From NCBI GenBank assembly GCA_049278415.1, contig JBAPMC010000279.1, forward strand, positions 1-35,260: a DNA stretch of 35,260 nucleotides. The letters are read 5' to 3'. Every line of letters starts with the position of its first letter. Position 1 is the stretch's first letter. The notes under the pieces were generated by a model that worked only from the letters and a program-made list of their open reading frames with translations, ran no database searches and was not told where the DNA came from. Source of the DNA: Solirubrobacteraceae bacterium (lineage in GTDB: Bacteria; Actinomycetota; Thermoleophilia; Solirubrobacterales; Solirubrobacteraceae). Shown here in pieces: positions 16,614 through 25,397 of the stretch. Position numbers and translations under genes: made by a program.

Positions 16614-19048
16614 GGACGCCGATCTCCTTCGTGTACGGGAATCTCGTTTTTGGCGCAACGCTTGACGACGTTTGGGCTGCATTCTTCATTCCTTGCTCCT
16701 CATACGAGTGGCTGTCACAAGACGCAAAGCGTGCGCGGCTACTCACGCTGATGAGTGCGCTTGAAGCGCTACAAGCCGATGTGCAGATCCTGCGGGTCGG
16801 GCGACGGTGGGATCTCGAGGGCTACCTGCAGGAGCTGGAGCGAGGCGCATCAGGGCGGCATAAGGGAGCAAACCGTCGCTATGCGCAAGAGCACGCCGAG
16901 CATTTGCATGATGTCGGCGCCTCGCAGCCTGCGGTTTTCCTTCTCGTCAGCTTGCGCGAGCCCGAGCGTGACGTGGCTTCCTATGTCTCACAGGCTGCCG
17001 AGCAGCATCCGCGCGAGTGGCTACGTTCCATCAAGCGCGCGCTTTCTGTGCACAACAGGCGTCTGCTGAAGTCCTCCGAGCTCGAGCGAGCACGCATGCG
17101 AGCCGACCAGGTTCACGCCCGCCTTGGGGACTTCTTGAACGCGCGCCCAGCGCGCGGTGTCGAGTTGCAGTGGCTTGTGCGCAGAGCATTCTGTCGTGGG
17201 CTGGGAGAGCCGGAGGTCGATGGCCTGCATGAGCCGCGCGCGCTCGCCTTCGAACGTAATGGGGAGGCTTTGCTCGCGCCACTCGAGGGCGACGTGGTGC
17301 GTTGGATGGACGGATATGTCGAGCACCGCGGCCGCTCGCTGCGCGTTGAGTCTGAGCTTGGCGTCAGCTGGCAGGCGCAACTGGTGCTCGGCGCTCTGCC
17401 CGAGCGGGCCACTTTTCCGGGAGCGCGCGTCGAGTTGATGTTCGCGGCCGTCGAGAGCCTGCCGTTTTCCGTTGACCTCTCCTTGAACGCACGCTTTCTG
17501 CCAAACGAGCTTGCGCTGCGAATCGCGCGCAGGCGCGTCCAAGACGCCGACCAGATCGTGCGAGCGGAGTCCGATGGAGATCAGGGCGTCTCTGACCTCG
17601 GCTACCAGCGCACGCAGGAGGCGCGCGATCTGCTTGCCTATCTGCAGGCATCGAGCCGTCCGCCGTTGCTACGCGCGACGCTTGCCGTAGCGGTTGGAGC
17701 CGAGAACGAGCAGCTGCTCTCAGAGCGCGTGGAGACGTGCAGGCGAGCATATGGTGAGATTCGCCTGCACCGTCCGCTCGGCGATCAGCTGGCTCTGTTC
17801 ATCCAGCAGCTTCCTGCGCAGCGAACGCGGGTCGCCGGCTACGACGACACCCTCACAACCGAGCAGGTGGCAGCGATGATGCCAACGGCAACTCATACCG
17901 CTGGCTCGCGTCGGGGCTTCTATCTCGGGCATACGCTCTCCGGCTCGCGTCAGCCGGTGCGCTTCAACCTGCGCGAGGGCTCTGAGCGCGATCGCAACAC
18001 GGCGATCCTGAGCGTTGGCGCGCTCGGCTCGGGAAAGACAACGCTTGCACAGAAGCTCAAGTACGAGGGCTTCCTGCAGGGCGCGCGCGTGATCGACTGC
18101 GATCCAAAGGGCGACCACCGCTTTCACCTGCTCGATGAGGTTGCGCCACACGCGGAGACAATCGCGCTGCGCCCTGACCCGGCGCTGCGGGGCATGCTCG
18201 ATCCGTTGCGGATCGCGCCCGAGCACTTGCGCCAGGACGCTGCCGTCTCGTTCCTACGCGATCTGCTCCCGAGTCGAGCTGACGCCTCCTGGGAGACGGC
18301 GGTTGTAGCCGCCGTTGACGCCGTGCTGCGGCGAGCAAGTGAGCCAACCTGCATGGAGGTTGTGCGCGCACTCTGCGACGGACAGGACGCAGAGACTCAG
18401 GTCGGCGACGCGCTCGCGGTGTATGCGCGCTCCGGGCTCACACAGCTCGGCTTCGCAGACCCCGACATGAAGCTTGCGCCGGTCGGTCGCCAACAGGTCA
18501 CCTACATACCGATCCGCGATCTACCCGGACCTGAGCCCGGCACACCTCGCTCGGAGTACACACAGGCTGAGCGCGTCGGCGTGCAGATCGTGCGCCTGAT
18601 CGCGATGTTCGCCATGCACCTGATGTCGCGCGAGCGTGACCGTTTGAAGCTGTTCTCATTCGACGAGGGATGGCGGCTCCTGGGCGATCCTGTCGGACGC
18701 ACGCTGCTCGCTTCTCTGCAGCGCATGGGACGCTCCGAGCTGGCGGTGCCGATCGTGAGCACACAGCTCGTCACCGACGCGCTCATAGGCGAGCGCGAGT
18801 CGCTAGAGAACCTACTCGGCGCAACGTTCGTGTTCGGGATGCGCTCGGAGGCGGAGGCTGCACGGGCGCTCACGTTGCTCGGGCTCGACCCGGAGGACAG
18901 GCACGCGCGTGAGCGGCTGCTCGACATGGAGGCCGGTCGTTGCCTTCTGCGCGATCACAGCGGGCGAGTTGAGGCAATCCAGGTTGAGGTGGTTGCGCCT
19001 TCGTTGCTGCGCGCCTTCTCCACAACTCCGCAGGTGGAAGCTCAGTGA
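16610..19048 (+). CDS. virB4: VirB4-like T4SS ATPase (TcpF/ConE family)
   Basis: Walker A GALGSGKT, IDCDPKGD, Walker B FSFDEGW, RMGRS..IVSTQ, GRCLLRDHSGRV; about 812 aa; GTG 16610 with GAGGTG SD. Confidence 0.9.
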   Translation: MRTPISFVYGNLVFGATLDDVWAAFFIPCSSYEWLSQDAKRARLLTLMSALEALQADVQILRVGRRWDLEGYLQELERGASGRHKGANRRYAQEHAEHLHDVGASQPAVFLLVSLREPERDVASYVSQAAEQHPREWLRSIKRALSVHNRRLLKSSELERARMRADQVHARLGDFLNARPARGVELQWLVRRAFCRGLGEPEVDGLHEPRALAFERNGEALLAPLEGDVVRWMDGYVEHRGRSLRVESELGVSWQAQLVLGALPERATFPGARVELMFAAVESLPFSVDLSLNARFLPNELALRIARRRVQDADQIVRAESDGDQGVSDLGYQRTQEARDLLAYLQASSRPPLLRATLAVAVGAENEQLLSERVETCRRAYGEIRLHRPLGDQLALFIQQLPAQRTRVAGYDDTLTTEQVAAMMPTATHTAGSRRGFYLGHTLSGSRQPVRFNLREGSERDRNTAILSVGALGSGKTTLAQKLKYEGFLQGARVIDCDPKGDHRFHLLDEVAPHAETIALRPDPALRGMLDPLRIAPEHLRQDAAVSFLRDLLPSRADASWETAVVAAVDAVLRRASEPTCMEVVRALCDGQDAETQVGDALAVYARSGLTQLGFADPDMKLAPVGRQQVTYIPIRDLPGPEPGTPRSEYTQAERVGVQIVRLIAMFAMHLMSRERDRLKLFSFDEGWRLLGDPVGRTLLASLQRMGRSELAVPIVSTQLVTDALIGERESLENLLGATFVFGMRSEAEAARALTLLGLDPEDRHARERLLDMEAGRCLLRDHSGRVEAIQVEVVAPSLLRAFSTTPQVEAQ

Positions 19049-21411
19049 GGGTTGTGCATGCGGCGGCGCTGAGTGTGACGTTTGCCCTATTGCTTGTGCT
19101 GCCCGGCTCGGTCTGCGCGGCTCCCCCGTCGCGCGGCACGCTTCACACCGTCACCAAACGTGCCCCCAACGGACCGCCGCTGAGCACGCTCGCGCCACAA
19201 GGGGAAGCTGAAAGCACCGCGGGTGTGCCCGCGGGCTCAGGTGACCCGCTCGTCGAAAACGGCCTGTCGAGTCCGTTGTGCAAAAGCTCGATGAGCGGTG
19301 AGCTATCGAGTGCGGCGCAGAGCAATTGTGAAACTTCGAGCTTCGTAGGAGCGCCATCACCGACTGGCAACTACGGGCTCGATGTGAACATCGACGTTGG
19401 TCCATTCGGCCTCAGCAAAGGCGGCCTGTTGTCGGTGATTCAGGACGTGTTCATCACGCCGCTGTGGACCGTGCTCGTATGGGTTGTGCATGCGCTTATA
19501 GTGATGCTCGAGTGGTGCTACACACTCGAACTGCTGGGCGGCTCGACCATGAGTGCGCTCGCCGGCTCATTGCAAGGGGCACAGGCCAGCTTTACTGAGC
19601 CCTGGTTTCCGCTCGTGCTCGCGGCGTCATCGGTGCTTGCGCTCTACAACGGGCTCATTCGTCGCCGTGTGGCCGACACGCTCGGCCAGGCGCTCACCAC
19701 GATCGCGATGACGGCGCTTGGACTGTGGGTGATCGCCGATCCGCTCGGGACAGTCGGAGTCATCGGGCAGTGGGCCAACCAGGCGAGCTTTGGGACGCTC
19801 GGCGCCATCGCTCACGGGAGTCCTGCAAACGCCCAGCGAACGCTCGGCGACAGTATGCGCGCACTGTTTGCAGGCACGATCGAAATGCCGTGGTGCTATC
19901 TGGAGTTCGGCAACGTGCGTTGGTGCAGCGATTCGGCTCTGCTTGATCCGGGTTTGCAGAAGGCGGCCTTGAGCATTGCTGCCGGGCAGCAAGCGAAGCT
20001 CGGCTGCCGGCCAGCTCTGCAGCAGTCCTGCATCCGCTCAGAGAGCGTGCCAGCGCTAGCCAACGAGCACACCGTCGAGTTGCTACGCGAGGCAGACACG
20101 AATGGCGAGCTGTTCCTCGCCTTCCCAGCCAACCGAGCAGAACGTAACTCCGTCAAAGAAGCGAAGTCGCTGTTGCACATTCTGTGCCAGGCCGACGACG
20201 ACACCAAATGCACTGGCTCGACTGCGGCGCAGGCCGAATTCCGCTCTGACAGCGGAACCTTTCCGCGCATGATCGGAGTTGTGCTGATCGCGGTTGGGGT
20301 GCTCGGGATGGTGATGCTGTTCGGGCTAGTCACCTTGCATCTGCTTGCCGCTGCAGTCATGAGCCTGTTCATGCTGTTGCTGGCTCCGTTCGCAGTGCTG
20401 GCGCCGGCGCTTGGCGATGGGGGTCGTGCGGTCTTTGTGGGGTGGCTAACGCGGTTGCTGGGGGCGGTCACCTCAAAGCTGCTCTTCTCGTTTCTGCTTG
20501 GTGCGCTACTGACTATGCAGCGCATTCTCATGTCACTACAGGCGCTCGGCTGGTGGACAGAGTGGCTATTGATATCGGCCTTCTGGTGGGCAGTGTTCCT
20601 CAAGCGCCATCAGGCACAGACTCTCATCCAAAGTCGGGGCCGCGAGTCCCGTGCACGGGACCACCAGTCGATCGGTCGGCGAGTTGAGAGCGCGCTGCAG
20701 ACGCAGCGTGAGATGCGCCACCCGGTGCAATGGGCGAAGAGCAAGGTCCTCCCGCCGCCTCCCGTCACCGAGCAATTGAGCAAGCGCGACCGCCGAGGTC
20801 CCAACAGCAAAAGCAAACCAGCCGCTGAACAGAGCGCGTCTAAACCGAAGCACACGCTCGTGGAGCGCACGCCAGAGAGACTAGGCCCGCACGACGGCAT
20901 CATCGCCAAGCGAGCTCAGCTCGAGCGGGTGCGAGTTGCGCGCGAGGCGGCGCTCACACTCGGTGACCGCCGACGTGCCGCAAAGCTTGCCGTTCGCGAG
21001 CAGCGGATCAAAGCTGAGCTAGGGCATGAACAGAGCTTGCGAGACAACCGGTACACCACTGGGGAAAGCAACAAGGGAGCTCAACACGAGGCAAGCCAGG
21101 TGGGTGGGTTGCACACGCAGTTCGGGTTGGCCGCAAGGAAGGCCGCCTATGTGAGCGCTCCGTCGCTCGGGCACATCGCGCGAACCGAGAGCGCCGAGGA
21201 GGCCGATCAGCGGGTCGGAAAGGGAGGTGGCGCAAGTCGGAAGGTTTCGCCTGGACAGTCCTCTAGGCGCTCCGTCTCTGACCCGCAAGCACTTGCTCTA
21301 CAAACACGCAACCAGCAGGGCATACGCGAGCAGAGATCGACCGTCATGGAAGACGCGCGCGCAGTTGCGCAACGTCGCAAGCGTCAGCTTGGATTTGAGC
21401 CACCACAGTGA
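19045..21411 (+). CDS. Polytopic T4SS channel protein (TcpH/ConG, VirB6-like)
   Basis: About 7-8 TM segments, PWCYLEFG motif, long hydrophilic C-terminal tail; between VirB4-like ATPase and cell-wall hydrolase. Confidence 0.8.
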   Translation: MRVVHAAALSVTFALLLVLPGSVCAAPPSRGTLHTVTKRAPNGPPLSTLAPQGEAESTAGVPAGSGDPLVENGLSSPLCKSSMSGELSSAAQSNCETSSFVGAPSPTGNYGLDVNIDVGPFGLSKGGLLSVIQDVFITPLWTVLVWVVHALIVMLEWCYTLELLGGSTMSALAGSLQGAQASFTEPWFPLVLAASSVLALYNGLIRRRVADTLGQALTTIAMTALGLWVIADPLGTVGVIGQWANQASFGTLGAIAHGSPANAQRTLGDSMRALFAGTIEMPWCYLEFGNVRWCSDSALLDPGLQKAALSIAAGQQAKLGCRPALQQSCIRSESVPALANEHTVELLREADTNGELFLAFPANRAERNSVKEAKSLLHILCQADDDTKCTGSTAAQAEFRSDSGTFPRMIGVVLIAVGVLGMVMLFGLVTLHLLAAAVMSLFMLLLAPFAVLAPALGDGGRAVFVGWLTRLLGAVTSKLLFSFLLGALLTMQRILMSLQALGWWTEWLLISAFWWAVFLKRHQAQTLIQSRGRESRARDHQSIGRRVESALQTQREMRHPVQWAKSKVLPPPPVTEQLSKRDRRGPNSKSKPAAEQSASKPKHTLVERTPERLGPHDGIIAKRAQLERVRVAREAALTLGDRRRAAKLAVREQRIKAELGHEQSLRDNRYTTGESNKGAQHEASQVGGLHTQFGLAARKAAYVSAPSLGHIARTESAEEADQRVGKGGGASRKVSPGQSSRRSVSDPQALALQTRNQQGIREQRSTVMEDARAVAQRRKRQLGFEPPQ

Positions 21412-22541
21412 GCACAGGAGCGTTCGCGCAACCACCCGTCTCGAGGAATCGGCTGGGCAAGCTGGCGGGTGCATCGATCGTCTTGGTTGGCGCCATGTGC
21501 ATGTTCTCGTTGATGCTTGTAGCTGCGCTGGCCAGGCTTGCGGCGGCGCCACCCGACAGTAGTAGTGGCGGCTATGGAGCGTCCTCGCGCGCTGAGCGTG
21601 AAATTCCAGCGCAGTACTTGAGTCTTTACGAGCAGGCGGCTGGGCGCTACGGCCTTGACTGGTCGATACTTGCAGGAATCGGCAAGGTTGAGTGTGACCA
21701 CGGAGGAGACCCTGACCCGTCGTGCACGAAGGAGGGCGCCGTCAACTCAGCCGGCGCTGGCGGCCCGGCGCAGTTCCTGGCGTCGACCTGGAGCCAGTAT
21801 GGGGTAGACGGTGACGGGGACGGTCGGATCGACCGCTGGAGTCCAGCCGACGCTATCTTCGCGATGGCCAATTATTTGCACGCCTCCGGCGCCCCGAGTA
21901 ATTACCGCAAGGCGATATTTGCCTACAACCACGCCGGGTGGTACGTCAACGAGGTGGAGCACTGGGCCTCGCTCTATCGTGGCGTCGCCCGAGCGAGTGC
22001 AGGAAGCGCCACGGAAGTGGACACTACGGCTGACTGGCCGGGTTTTGGATCTGTTGAGCTCACTGGAGAGACACAGGCGGTGCTCTCACCGACGGACGGT
22101 CACATCGCACTCGTGCCCGCCGAGGCGCCGCCGGTAGTGCAGGCGATGGTGATCGCCGGCAATGAGCTACAGGAACTGCCCTATGGCGCCACCGGACACC
22201 CCGATCCGCGGGGGGCGGACAGCGAGGATTGCTCCAGCACTGTCAACTACGTGCTCTACCGCTCCGGAGTGCGCCCCATCGCTGAGATCTTGCGCAACAA
22301 TCCGCTCGCCCAAGACTACGTCGATTGGGGAGACCCCGGGCCGGGCAGGTGGGTGACGATCTATGCAACCACCGCCCCCACCGATCACGTGTTCATCGTA
22401 ATAGCTGGACTGCGCTTGGACACAAGCCACAACGGCACCGACGTGGGGCCCAATCGCGACGAAGACGGGCCGCGCTGGCGCATCCTCGAGCACATTCCCA
22501 CATGGGCGCATTGGTCGGTGAGACATCCCCCGGGGTTGTAA
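21408..22541 (+). CDS. Bifunctional peptidoglycan hydrolase: lytic transglycosylase plus NlpC/P60-like peptidase (CwlT/TcpG, VirB1-like)
   Basis: N-terminal TM; LAGIGKVECDHG, GPAQFLASTW, AIFAYNH (SLT); DCSSTVNYVL...DHVF (Cys-His peptidase). Confidence 0.88.
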   Translation: MSTGAFAQPPVSRNRLGKLAGASIVLVGAMCMFSLMLVAALARLAAAPPDSSSGGYGASSRAEREIPAQYLSLYEQAAGRYGLDWSILAGIGKVECDHGGDPDPSCTKEGAVNSAGAGGPAQFLASTWSQYGVDGDGDGRIDRWSPADAIFAMANYLHASGAPSNYRKAIFAYNHAGWYVNEVEHWASLYRGVARASAGSATEVDTTADWPGFGSVELTGETQAVLSPTDGHIALVPAEAPPVVQAMVIAGNELQELPYGATGHPDPRGADSEDCSSTVNYVLYRSGVRPIAEILRNNPLAQDYVDWGDPGPGRWVTIYATTAPTDHVFIVIAGLRLDTSHNGTDVGPNRDEDGPRWRILEHIPTWAHWSVRHPPGL

Positions 22542-22551
22542 GGTGGCGAGC

Positions 22552-23850
22552 ATGAGCACGCGCGAGGTCGAGTTCCTGCTGATTGGCGGAGGTCTCGCAT
22601 CCGCTAACTGCGCACGCTGGCTGCGCGAGTCAGGCGCGGAGGGCGAGATCGTGCTCGTCGGACGCGAGCCCGACCCGCCATATAACCGTCCAGAGTGCTC
22701 GAAGGGCTACCTGCGCGGGGAGGAGAGCCGCGAGGAGCCACTGTTCCGCCCCAAGGAGTGGTGGGAGGAGCAGAAAGTCGAGCTACTTACGCGCACGAGT
22801 GTGACGGCGCTCGACATTGACGCGCGTACAGCCAAGCTCTCGAGCAAAGAGGAGGTTCGCTTCGGCAAGGCGCTGATCGCCACTGGCGCCAATGTGCGCC
22901 GCCTGAACGTGCCCGGCTGCGAGCTCGAGCAGATCCACTACCTGCGCACGCTCGGCAACGCCGACACCATCCGCGAGGGTGTGGCGGATGCGGAGAGCGT
23001 CGTGCTGATCGGCGGCTCCTACATCGGCTGCGAGGTGGCAGCCTCGCTGACCCTCATGGGCAAGAAGGCCACCATCGTGATGCAGGAGCAGGCAACCCTT
23101 GAACGGGGCTTCGGGGCGCAAGCGGGCCGCTTCTTCCAGAGCTTGCTCGAATCGCATGGCATCGTCGTGCACGGTCTTGACGGGCTCGAGCGCTTCGAGG
23201 TGGATACCCGGCCGGACACAACCTCTGGGGCGCACCCTAAAGGGCACACGCAGGCAGGCGGGCGTGTCGGCAAGGTCGTGACCACCAACGGTCTTGAGCT
23301 ACCTGCCGAAGCCGTAGTCGTCGGCGCCGGCGTAACGCCCGACATCGCCTTGGCCAAGCGCGCGGGCCTGCAGATCGGCGAGCGCGGGGGAGTGCTGTGC
23401 TCCTCGCGTCTTGAGACCTCGGCTCCGGGAGTGTTCGCGGCCGGTGACATCGCCGAGTACGACTCGCCGCTGCACGACGGTCATGTGCGCATCGAGCATT
23501 GGGACGTCGCCTTCAACCACGGTAAGACCGCCGCCCTGAACATGCTCGGCGGGAACGTACCCCACGAGGTCGTGCCCTACTTCTACTCGGTGCTCGGCGA
23601 CTGGGGCGAGCTCGAGTACGTCGGGCCGGCATACGAGTGGGACGAGGAGATCGTGCGCGGCTCCTACGACGATGGCAAGTTCACCACTTGGTATCTGAAG
23701 GACGGGCGAGTTGTGGCTGCGCTCGCGTTCGGGCGCTCAGATGACCTCGATCACGCCCGTCGACTGATCGCTGAGCGCTTGGTGCTCGACGAGCGCGCTC
23801 ACGCCACGCTCGCGAGTCTCGATGCAGACCTCGCCACACTCCATCGCTGA
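22552..23850 (+). CDS. FAD/NAD(P)-dependent oxidoreductase, ferredoxin reductase family
   Basis: IGGGLA, PYNRPECSKGYL, ATG, IGGSYIGCE, VFAAGDIA, RIEHW, VPYFYS. Confidence 0.93.
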   Translation: MSTREVEFLLIGGGLASANCARWLRESGAEGEIVLVGREPDPPYNRPECSKGYLRGEESREEPLFRPKEWWEEQKVELLTRTSVTALDIDARTAKLSSKEEVRFGKALIATGANVRRLNVPGCELEQIHYLRTLGNADTIREGVADAESVVLIGGSYIGCEVAASLTLMGKKATIVMQEQATLERGFGAQAGRFFQSLLESHGIVVHGLDGLERFEVDTRPDTTSGAHPKGHTQAGGRVGKVVTTNGLELPAEAVVVGAGVTPDIALAKRAGLQIGERGGVLCSSRLETSAPGVFAAGDIAEYDSPLHDGHVRIEHWDVAFNHGKTAALNMLGGNVPHEVVPYFYSVLGDWGELEYVGPAYEWDEEIVRGSYDDGKFTTWYLKDGRVVAALAFGRSDDLDHARRLIAERLVLDERAHATLASLDADLATLHR

Positions 23851-23877
23851 GCGCAGGCACACCGCGAGAACGCCATA

Positions 23878-23900
23878 GCCGTAGCCCGAAGGGCGAAGGC
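23878..23900. repeat. REP-like GC hairpin with GTAG tetranucleotide
   Basis: gccGTAGcccgaagggcgaaggc: gccc-gaa-gggc stem with outer gcc/ggc; single copy in this window. Confidence 0.3.
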
Positions 23901-23959
23901 CATCCCCCCTAAAAGAGGGCCTAAGGCGCCACGTGGGCACGCGGCAGTAGGATGTCTAC

Positions 23960-24135
23960 GTTCATATGGTCGGTGGCCAAGGGAAGTCGGTGAGAATCCG
24001 ACGCGGACCCGCCACTGTGACCGGGGATGCCAACCGCAGCGCGCCACGGCGCGCAGCCACTGATCTGCCCTTCGGCGGATCGGGAAGGCGCGGAGGGTGG
24101 GCCCGGGAGCCAGGAGACCTGCCTCCGACCACAAG
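23960..24135 (+). promoter_or_regulatory. Cobalamin (B12) riboswitch
   Basis: P1 tggtcgg(23967)/ccgacca(24125); AGGGAAgtcggtgagaatccgac, GCCACTGTGA, GCCACTG..GGGAAGG, B12 box AGCCAGGAGACCTGCC; TAGGAT -10-like box at 23948. Confidence 0.95.
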
Positions 24136-24167
24136 CCCACAAGCCCTCGTGGAAAGGGGTTGGCTCT

Positions 24168-25397
24168 ATGCATGTATCTGCTCGTATGCCGCTGGCGCTC
24201 TGCGCCGCTCTGTTCATTGCTCTACTTGCCACTACAGGCGCACAGGCGACGCCTATCACTGTGAGCCTTCGTGTCGAGGGTTCTTCCAAGACGCTCTTTG
24301 AAGGGCCCATCAGCACCGAAGGAGCGACCTTTGAAACGCACTCAAGCGTTGGCCCACATCCCTGTGACTATGCCGAGAATGGGGCGAGCGGAGGAGAATT
24401 CGCAAACGGAGGAAACGCATCTGGCACACCCACCACCGCCCTGCGAGACGCCGCGCTTGCCAGCGGCCTCGAATTCGACGCCAAATGGTTCGGCTCGGGC
24501 GTCGGAGGCAATGAAAACCCCGGCGACTTCTTCGTCACCCAGGTGGGCTCCGACGTCGAACTGACAGAAGCGCCTTTCGCATCATGGGGCTACGCCGTCA
24601 ACGACACAACGGCGCCGGTCGGTGGCTGTCAGATCGCGCTGGCGCCAGGCAACGAAGTGCTGTGGGCTTACAACTACTTCAACCTGTCACATCTTCTAAG
24701 CATCAGTGGGCCCTCCAGCGCGAATGCTGGGGCTCCAACCACGGTCCATGTCGTCGATGGGCAGACGGGCGCTCCGATCGCGGGCGCGGCGATCGGCGAA
24801 GACGTCGCAGGCGTCACTACAACGATCCCCGGCAGCCCGCTCACCAATGCTGAAGGCAACGCGACGATCACTCTCGCCCATGCCGGCACTGTGAAGCTGA
24901 AGTCCACCCAAGCGGAATCGGTCCGCTCAAATGGCCTCGCTGTGTGTGTCCACAACGGCGCCGACGGGACCTGCGGGACCACGATTCCTGGTGTCCTCAA
25001 AATCGGCCCGTTCATCAAGCAGCCTGTGCCCCTGGATATTGCAACGGCCGGCGGGGTCATAAACGGTCGCCGCTATTCGCGCCGCCATGCGCCACGCATC
25101 CTGCGGGGCCTCGTGCACGTGTCCGCCAACGGCACACTGCGTGAGGTGCGCATCAGTCTCCAGCGTCGCAAGGGCAGGCGATGCCTGACGTTCAGCGGCG
25201 CCAGCGAGACGTTCATGCACGCCCGTTGCGGTGTCAAGCGGTTCTTCTCGGTTGGCAGCAGCGAGTCGTTCAGCTATTTGCTCCCCGCGCCGTTGCCTGC
25301 AGGCCACTATGTCTATGACATCGAGGCAATCGACTCCGCGGGACATCCCACCAAGCTGATCGCTGGCGTCAGTCACATCTCCTTCTATGTCAAGTAG
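24168..25397 (+). CDS. Secreted protein with DUF4430/transcobalamin-beta-like domain plus Ig-like domains; putative B12-binding
   Basis: Signal peptide (AQA cleavage), FFVTQVG..WGYAVN..VGGCQ..GNEVLWAY; first gene after the riboswitch; SD AAAGGGG. Confidence 0.72.
   Translation: MHVSARMPLALCAALFIALLATTGAQATPITVSLRVEGSSKTLFEGPISTEGATFETHSSVGPHPCDYAENGASGGEFANGGNASGTPTTALRDAALASGLEFDAKWFGSGVGGNENPGDFFVTQVGSDVELTEAPFASWGYAVNDTTAPVGGCQIALAPGNEVLWAYNYFNLSHLLSISGPSSANAGAPTTVHVVDGQTGAPIAGAAIGEDVAGVTTTIPGSPLTNAEGNATITLAHAGTVKLKSTQAESVRSNGLAVCVHNGADGTCGTTIPGVLKIGPFIKQPVPLDIATAGGVINGRRYSRRHAPRILRGLVHVSANGTLREVRISLQRRKGRRCLTFSGASETFMHARCGVKRFFSVGSSESFSYLLPAPLPAGHYVYDIEAIDSAGHPTKLIAGVSHISFYVK

Noticed and set aside
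13165..22541. Calling the T4SS region a complete ICE or integrated plasmid
   Set aside because: No integrase, excisionase, relaxase, coupling protein, Rep, tRNA target or flanking direct repeats are visible in the window.
24027..24167. Upstream in-frame start of the secreted protein, and ORFs 23966-24301 and 23799-24316
   Set aside because: They run through the cobalamin riboswitch; ATG 24168 has the SD and precedes the signal peptide.
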